Assembly (NCBI GenBank): GCA_963749495.1
Contig: CAVVMW010000001.1
Location: forward strand, 160,001 to 224,000
From: an uncultured bacterium
GTDB taxonomy: Bacteria; Verrucomicrobiota; Verrucomicrobiia; Limisphaerales; UBA8199
Direction: 5' to 3'
Length of the DNA stretch: 64,000 nucleotides
The notes beneath the pieces were generated by a model that was given only the letters and a program-made list of their open reading frames with translations, had not been told where the DNA came from and did not search any database. The position numbers and the translations under genes were made by a program. Positions 55,203 through 64,000 of the stretch are shown one piece after another (the stretch's first letter is position 1; each line of letters opens with the position of its first letter).

Positions 55203-55772
55203 TTACCGCCAGAAACAGTGCCAATCGTAGCCCAGCTCGGCGGTCCGGAGCAGGACCAGGCTGCCCTTCTCCGGGAGCTTTTCGGCCGAATTGGGTGGGT
55301 TGACCGCGTTCTGCTCCTCGGCGCTGCGCTGGGGCAGGCCCGCGATAGTCGCCTCGTAGCGGTTGGTGCCCGTTTCGGAGATGATGGCCTCGGCGCCGAC
55401 GTTGGCCTCGAGCAGTTCGCGCAGGCTCAGGGCCATGCGCTCGACCCGCACGCGTCTCTGGCCCGCGACAACGCCCATGAGCCGGGTCCCCTTCTCGGCG
55501 GCATAAGGCCAAAAGGCGCCGAGGACCGGCGCGGGCAGATAGTCCATCACCACGTTGCCCTGTTGGTCGGTCGGCAGGGCGCCCTCGTGCGCCACGAAGG
55601 CATGGCCATCCTTGAACACGGTCACCTCTTTGATCGGCAGTCTGCCGAACGTGCCCAGCGGGGCCGCCTTCTCGGCCGCCAGACCGGACCCCGCCATTGC
55701 CAGTGCCAGCGCCAACGCCAATGCGAACGGGGCCGCGCCCGCGAAACCAGGATTCAGGATTGCTCTAGCCAT
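55203..55772 (-). pseudogene. Internally deleted secreted protein (DUF4140/DUF4139-like N-terminus)
   Basis: Signal peptide and LPIKEVTVFKDGHAFV; jumps at LLRTAE to a short aromatic tail LGYDWHCFWR*. Confidence 0.55.
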
Positions 55773-56219
55773 GCCGGCAGCCTGTCATATCGCGGGCGGG
55801 GACTTGTCAGGCGCAGGTAAGGTCTGTGTAAAAAGTTCGCGATGGAAAAATCGTGATGGCAGAAAGATGGGGGCAGAAGAATGAGGATAGAAACATGAGC
55901 ACAAGCAAGCTGCCATACCGCCTCCATCCTCAGGTGCGCGCTCCGATGAAACCAGGGCCGAAGGCCCGCCATGTGATAGCCCAGGCTGGAGCGAAGCGGA
56001 GGCCTGGGTAAGGCGGCACCGTCGAAAATCAGGGCCGAAGGCCCGCAATGGGAAAGCCCAGGCTGGAGCGAAGCGGAGGCCTGGGTAGGATGCGCCAAGC
56101 AAACGCCCCCGGCCTGCTAAGGCCGGGACCCGTTGCCCAGGGACCCGGGCGTGTTGTCGCGCCCTTGCAGGGCGCAGGGGTTTATGTGTCCGCGACCTGG
56201 GCCTCCGCTCGCAGGCTCG

Positions 56220-57033
56220 GTGGGTAAGGGGGAGGCCGAAGCCACCCCCTCCCCGTTGTCGCAATGAGGTCAATTCCTCATACTGGACCGGCGAGCGGAT
56301 TTCCCGCACCGGGCGACCCCGACAGCACGCGGGAGCGTGCGGTTCCTTATGCAGGACAGAGCTTGCCCCAAGAATGGGGGGTCCACGCCGACGGGGCAAG
56401 ACCACTCCCCCCGAGGCGGAACTGTTCGCAGTGGGCGACCAGGCGTAAGGGACCGTTTCTTAGCCGAAGCTAACTTGTCCCCGGAACTGGTGAACACACT
56501 CGAATCGCTCTGTGGTTTTGCCTTTCCGCTGTCGAATCCCGACGGCGTACTTTGGCTCTGGAGACATCCCTGAGGGCGGGGCCAGGGAGTGGCTGTTCCC
56601 GCCTCCGGAGCGTAGCCGAACCCTTTCGGACAAGCCTTATAGGTCCAGTTTATCGAGCAGACGCTCGAACTCCGTGGGACTTCATCGGTGAGTGAAACGG
56701 ACCCTTTTCCCGGCATGAACGCATGTCGCACCGTACCGCCCAGCGAACGAACCGCATTTGTGGTTCGCCAGGAGCTTTGTGAAACCACCAAGCTAGGCTT
56801 CGTCCCTGGAGCAGGGACTCGCCCGGCGTTTCGGCTCATGGGCCTTCCTGCCAAGTCAAGGGAGCCGGCCTCTTCGCGACGGCACGTTGCTGCACCGCCC
56901 TGGCTACGTTCCCGCCTGGACCAACCCGGCGGTTTAGCTCCCCCGTTCTGGACGGAAGCGGCCCCGCCCAGGTAGGATTCCATCGTTGTTTCCATTGATG
57001 TCACCGTTTGAGACTTAGTTCATTTCACCCGAC
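56220..57033 (-). ncRNA. ORF-less group II intron-like ribozyme (5' boundary uncertain)
   Basis: Domain V-like CGCCCGGTGCGGGAAATCCGCTCGCCGG (56288-56315). Domain VI hairpin GGGGAGGGGGTGGC-TTCG-GCCTCCCCCTTaCCC with bulged A, then terminal AC (56220-56254). Upstream DI/DIII-like motifs (GCAACGTG..GAAG, CCTATAAGG..CCGAAAGG, AAAGTAC). Interrupts a REP; no RT ORF. Confidence 0.8.
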
Positions 57034-57203
57034 GACTCGCGGGCTCCAGCCCAGGCTTTCACATTCCGGGCTTTTCAGCCCGAGAATTCTCGCGAAACCA
57101 GGGCCGAAGGCCCGCCATGTGAAAGCCCGGGCTGGAGCGAAGCGGAGGCGTGAGCAGCAAAGGGGGAAATTCATCCCCGAAAAATGCGCCGTGTCACACC
57201 GGC

Positions 57204-59205
57204 TTATGGAACGGCAATGACCCGATAGAACCGCTTCGTTCCACCACGGACATTGACGCTGGTGTCCACCCACAACATCACGGGTTGAGTCAAGGTGAGA
57301 TTGGTGAGGGTGGTCCAGTTCACGGTGCCCGCTAAACTGGTGGCGTATTGAATCCCGAAGTTCTTCCCGACCGCTCCGCTGATAGTCAAGCCAACGTAGA
57401 GACCAATGGAAACTTCGGCAGGATTAACCGTGAGCGTTGCGGAGCCGCTGAGGGCGCTGCCGTAAAGGTTGGTAACTTCAACCGAATACTCACCCGCATC
57501 GGTCAGTTGAAGGTTCGTAAGGGACAGAGTTGAGTTCGTCCCCCAAGCGATTGCGAGTCCGTCTATAAACCATTGGAAACTCATCGGGAGAGTCCCTTCC
57601 GCTCCCACCCGCAACGCAACCCCTTCGCCCCAGTAGCCAACCGTGTTGGCAGGTTCAGAGAAAATGTCGGGCGCAGACAGAACCGTCAGTGTGGCATCGC
57701 TGCTAATGGCGTGACCCAATGAATTTGTGATCGCCACGGAATATGTCCCGCTTCGTTCAAGTTGAGCGTTGGTCAAGATCAGGTTCGCAGCGGTCGCTCC
57801 GGCGATATTTGCTCCGTTGAACGCCCACTGAAAGGACATCGGCAGAATGCCCATTGCCCAGACGCTCAAGACCACATTGGAGCCGGCAAAGACCGTCTGG
57901 CTTTGCGGTTGTGCCGTAATCCAGGGAGGACCCAGCACCGTCAACGTAACCACGCTGCTCCTGACGCTGCCATAGGCATTGCTGACGATGACGCCATAAT
58001 TGCCAGTGTCGCTGGCGGTTGTTGTGCTCAAGGTCAGTGTGCTCGTGCCCGAACCGGAAATGTTCCCGCCGTCCGTCAAGTTCGCTCCGTCCTTCTGCCA
58101 CTGATAATCCAGCGGTGCTCCGCCCGAAACCATGACGCTGAAAGTAGCCGGGTTCCCACTGTTCACTGTCAGCCCTTGCGGTTGCTGAGTAATTTGCGGA
58201 CTCAAACCAAATGGAGGGGCAATATGAACAGTCGGCGTGCTCGTGTAACCAGCGCCGGCATCGGTGATGATGATGTTGACGACCACCCCGTTGCTGACAA
58301 CCGCGGTCGCTGTGGCGCCAGCACCGCCGCCCCCTTGAATCAAAACGAACGGCGTATTGGTGTAATCACAACCGCTATCGGTAATCGTCGCACCAACGAC
58401 AAAGCCGTTGTCCACCCTCGCCGTGGCAGTAGCAGGATGCGGGATGCAAGGGGTCACTGACTCAATGGCGTAAAGTTGCGCCACTTCGTTTGAGGAAAGG
58501 GCACGGTTGTAAATGCGGATGTCATCAATTATGCCATGAAAGGCGGTCCAAGCAGGGTAAACCGCAACATCCGCCCTTCCGATGGTGAGGTATCCGCCCG
58601 CTGTCGGAATCTGGTTATTAGCGATGCCTGTTGCGGCGATTTGCGAATCCCAGGTACATGGTAACGTTTGTCCCCGCCCTGGTGACAACCAGTTGGCAGA
58701 AAGTATTGGGTGCTGTTTGCTGCTGACTGTAAAACTGATAGACCATATTACCAGAATTGGCGGGTGCGTAGCTTGCCTGTGCTACCACATGCCCGATCAA
58801 AGCTGGAATGAGGGTGCCGGACGTTTGTCCAATAATTCCCAAAGTAAATGAGCCGGTTTGCTCGTGCAGGATATCCGGCCACACCCCAGCAAAATCATGA
58901 GCATTGATCCACACTGAGGCGGTAAAATCGCCCTGGAACACAGCACCATTCAAGGGAGATGTGATATACGCAGAAGCGCCATCGAAATAATATGCCTGAT
59001 TTGGAATCCCAAATCGATCCGCCGTGAGGACAGCGCCGTTGACGGTGCCGTTGTGTCCGTTTCCGCTCGCATCGTTGGCGTTGCCGTTGAAAGGGTAATA
59101 CGCCAACAGACCGTTTGTGAGGAAGGATTGGGAATATCCGTTGACCGCCAACCCAATCCCGACGACGAGCAGTGAAAGTGCATATACCGATTTTCTGGAC
59201 TTCAT
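57204..59205 (-). CDS. Secreted LamG (concanavalin-like) + three Ig-like (I-set) domain protein; frameshift near 58650
   Basis: GLLAYYPFNGNANDASG, ADRFG, IDDIRIYNRALS, P.IT.QP / YQWQ / G.YSV.V.N Ig repeats; C-terminal W..L...RFYRV tail. GC lower than the flanks. Confidence 0.88.
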
Positions 59206-59471
59206 TTCCATTCCTTATGTCAATGATTACACACGCATTCCAAGTCTATCAATCCCCTCAAATGCACCGTGCCGCGCCAAGACGACGGTTGAACTGGTGC
59301 AGTATTGCGCTACATCGTTTAGCCACCATTCCCTATCGGCTGTTTTGGAGAATGCTTTAGTGCTATTCTCGTGTGCCGGCTGGGTGCGCCGCCTTGCGCT
59401 CCGTTGGCGATATGGCGAACCGTGCGAGGGGAGCAATAGACAAACTCAGCATTCCCCGTTAATCTGCCGCT

Positions 59472-60359
59472 ATGATTTTCGGCGCACATTGCTCGACGGC
59501 TGGCGGGCCGCACAAGGCCCTGCAACGGGGGAAGCAGATCGGGGCGGATATTGTCCAGATCTTCGTCAAGAACAACATGCAGTGGTTTGGGAGGCCGTAT
59601 TCGGCGGAGGAGTTGGCGTTGTACGAGAAGGAGCGGGCGGCGAACAAGTTTGGGTGTGTTTTTGGGCACGCGGGTTACCTGATCAACATTGGGGCGCCGG
59701 CTTCGGAGAACCGCGAGCGATCGATCAAATCGCTCATCCAGGAGATCGGGCTGGCGACGGACCTGGGGCTGCCGTTCCTGGTGCTGCACCCGGGGGCGCA
59801 CCTGGGGGCGGGCGAGGCCACCGGGCTGGACCAGGTGGTGGCGGGCCTGGATGAGGCGCTCGAGGCGACCGCCCAGAGCCCGGTGCGGATCGCGCTCGAG
59901 AACACTGCGGGCCAGGGCACCTGCCTGGGCAATGCCATCGAGCACCTGGCCGGGATTTTCGAGGGCGTCAAACGCCCGAAGCGGCTCGGCCTCTGCCTGG
60001 ACACCGCCCATCTCTTCGCCGCCGGTTTCGACATCCGCGCGCCCAAAGGCTGGAACGCCGTCATGCGCCAGATCGACGACCTCATTGGCCTGGACCAGGT
60101 CCTGGCCTTTCACCTGAACGACTCGAAGGCGGACCTGGGCTCGCGCGTGGACCGCCACGCTCACATCGGCCAGGGCAAGCTCGGCAAGGAGGCCTTCCGC
60201 CATATCGTCAACGACCGTCGCTTCAAGAAATGCCCCGGCTGCCTCGAGACCCCCAAGTCCGAGAGCCTCAAGGAGGATGTGATGAACCTGGCCACGCTGC
60301 GCTCGCTGGTGAAGGCGGCGAAGGCAAAAGCCAAGCGCGGCAAGGCGGCCGCAAAATAG
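59472..60359 (+). CDS. nfo: Endonuclease IV
   Basis: GAHCS, HAGYLIN, LHPG, ENTAGQG, CLDTAH, HLNDSK, DRHAHIG, LETP. Confidence 0.96.
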   Translation: MIFGAHCSTAGGPHKALQRGKQIGADIVQIFVKNNMQWFGRPYSAEELALYEKERAANKFGCVFGHAGYLINIGAPASENRERSIKSLIQEIGLATDLGLPFLVLHPGAHLGAGEATGLDQVVAGLDEALEATAQSPVRIALENTAGQGTCLGNAIEHLAGIFEGVKRPKRLGLCLDTAHLFAAGFDIRAPKGWNAVMRQIDDLIGLDQVLAFHLNDSKADLGSRVDRHAHIGQGKLGKEAFRHIVNDRRFKKCPGCLETPKSESLKEDVMNLATLRSLVKAAKAKAKRGKAAAK

Positions 60360-60498
60360 GGTCTGCCCCCCGGACCTTCGGCTCCGGACCTTTGTCGCAA
60401 CCTTTGTCGGGACCTTTGTCGAAATCCGACCCCACTCGACAAAGGTTGCGACAAAGGTTGCGACAAAGGTTGGGGCAAGGCCGTGTTCCTTGGGCTTC

Positions 60499-60702
60499 AG
60501 GGCCGTTGACAAAATCGTAGCGCAGGTTTCCAAACCTGCTGTATCGCCGATTTCCAAATCGGCAGGGCGTCGAGATATTGAGCGCGCCCGGATTGCGGAC
60601 GGCCTGCGGGTTTGGAAACCCGCGACACAGCAGACTTGGAAGTCTGCGCTACGCTGGCGCCCCTGGCGCACAGGCGCACCGAGCGACTTTCTCAATGGCC
60701 CT
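60499..60702. mobile_element. ~200-bp MITE-like element (copy 3)
   Basis: agggccgttgacaaa...tttctcaatggccct terminal IRs. Confidence 0.8.
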
Positions 60703-60785
60703 TCCTTGGGGTTAAGACCCCATTGTTGATGGCTTGACCTGGATTAACTTGCCACGGTTGCTTGTAATGGTGGTTAGTTAGGTTC

Positions 60786-60816
60786 AGGCGGCTCCTTGGG
60801 GAGCCGCCTTTTTTTT
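60786..60816 (+). terminator. Rho-independent terminator
   Basis: aggcggctcc-ttgg-ggagccgcct followed by a T run. Confidence 0.85.
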
Positions 60817-60821
60817 CATTC

Positions 60822-60983
60822 ATGAGCGAGGCGAAGCATCTTGTTGGCATAGATTTGGGCACGTCGAACTGCGCGGTGGCGTGTGTGGAGCCGGGGTTGG
60901 GGGCGGCGGCGCCGGTGGTGGATGTGCCGGTGCCGCAACTGGAGCGGCCCGGGGAGGTTGCGGCGCGGGAAAATGACGAATGA
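60822..60983 (+). pseudogene. Hsp70-family N-terminal fragment truncated at a 7-mer repeat tract
   Basis: MSEAKHLVGIDLGTSNCAVA...VPQLERPGEV, then gaaaatgacgaatga (stop) and (ggagtgc)n. Confidence 0.75.
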
Positions 60984-61241
60984 ATGGAGTGCGGAGTGCG
61001 GAGTGCGGAGTGCTGAATGGGAGTGCAGGTTTGCCCTGGATTTACAGAAGGAAACGGAGGAAACCGAGGGGAAGTAAGGCAGACCATCCGCTCTGTTCAT
61101 AGTATCTGCTTTCGTCATCCGTCATTTTCCGCGCTGCAATCCAGCGAGGCTCAGGATCTTCCATTTCGCATTCCGCACTCCGCGCTTCTCACCCCGCACT
61201 CCATTCTTGATCCTTTCGTGCAGGCGAGCTAAACATCCTCC

Positions 61242-61706
61242 ATGTCCTACGACCGCGCCGACTTCGATTACAGCACCGAGGAGCAGCCGCTTCCCAAGGG
61301 ACATGCCGCCACGCATATCGGGATGTTCCTGGCCTGGGCGATCCTCAACGGGCTGGAGAGCGATTATCACCGGCTTCACTCGGCCGAACTGCTGGAGCGG
61401 GTGCGGCGGCGGCAAATGACCGGGCGCCAGTTCTTCGAGGCCGCCTGCAAGGAGCAGTTCGCACTCAAGGACCTCGGCGTGGACGGCAACGCCTTTGCCG
61501 AGCATTATTACCGCGACGACTCCGGCGAGCGCGGCGCCTATTTCGAGGACTACAAACACGCCCTGGCGGAGCGCCTGCCCAGCTTCTGGCACGTGGCGGA
61601 CACCTGGGAGAACTACGACAAGCTGGCGCTGGTCATCACGCAACGCTACCAGGAGTGGAAAAACCCGCCGCCCAAGAAACGCTGGTGGCAGTTTTGGAAA
61701 ACCTAA
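61242..61706 (+). CDS. Hypothetical protein
   Basis: 154-aa ORF (YDRADF, ATHIGMFLAWA, GNAFAEHYY, DTWENYD, KKRWWQFW) with typical codon usage. Confidence 0.75.
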   Translation: MSYDRADFDYSTEEQPLPKGHAATHIGMFLAWAILNGLESDYHRLHSAELLERVRRRQMTGRQFFEAACKEQFALKDLGVDGNAFAEHYYRDDSGERGAYFEDYKHALAERLPSFWHVADTWENYDKLALVITQRYQEWKNPPPKKRWWQFWKT

Positions 61707-61708
61707 AC

Positions 61709-63982
<2,274 letters not shown>

Positions 63983-64000
63983 CCTTGTTGCCATTGCGGC

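Noticed and set aside
56270..57004. 244-aa ORF within the intron as a maturase/RT
   Set aside because: No RT motifs (no YADD, no PQG); it overlaps the predicted RNA domains and has non-protein-like composition.
57204..59205. LamG/Ig gene as a diversity-generating retroelement target
   Set aside because: No template/variable repeat pair with adenine-specific mismatches and no RT in the window.

Overview
High-GC bacterial chromosome segment. Gene content (DUF1501/DUF1549 genes, Tat-exported Gfo/Idh/MocA enzymes, a LamG-Ig protein ending in RFYR, a short HemA) suggests Verrucomicrobiota subdivision 3; this is inference. It opens with the 3' part of a type I-G CRISPR csb2 gene followed by a MazF-type toxin-antitoxin pair; no CRISPR array or cas1/cas2 is present in the window. 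The rest is housekeeping (thrC, moaA, nnr, fmt, hisA, eno, folB, trpF, ccsA-hemA-hemC, class II DAHP synthase, nfo), a two-component system, a sugar/sulfate catabolic cluster and several internally deleted gene remnants. About 14 genes carry single frameshifts, including normally indispensable ones, so these are most likely long-read indel errors. Intergenic DNA is packed with at least 8 families of palindromic REP/MITE-like elements and 7-mer tandem arrays. Most notable: an ~810-nt ORF-less group II intron-like RNA (minus strand, ~56220-57033) with an atypical domain V, inserted into one copy of a multicopy palindromic repeat. Also notable: inserted DNA repeatedly bracketed by a duplicated gene 3' end (csb2, folB, DUF2062), a HAD-NUDIX fusion next to folB, and a candidate three-way-junction leader RNA upstream of a CBS gene. 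All calls come from reading the sequence; no searches were run.
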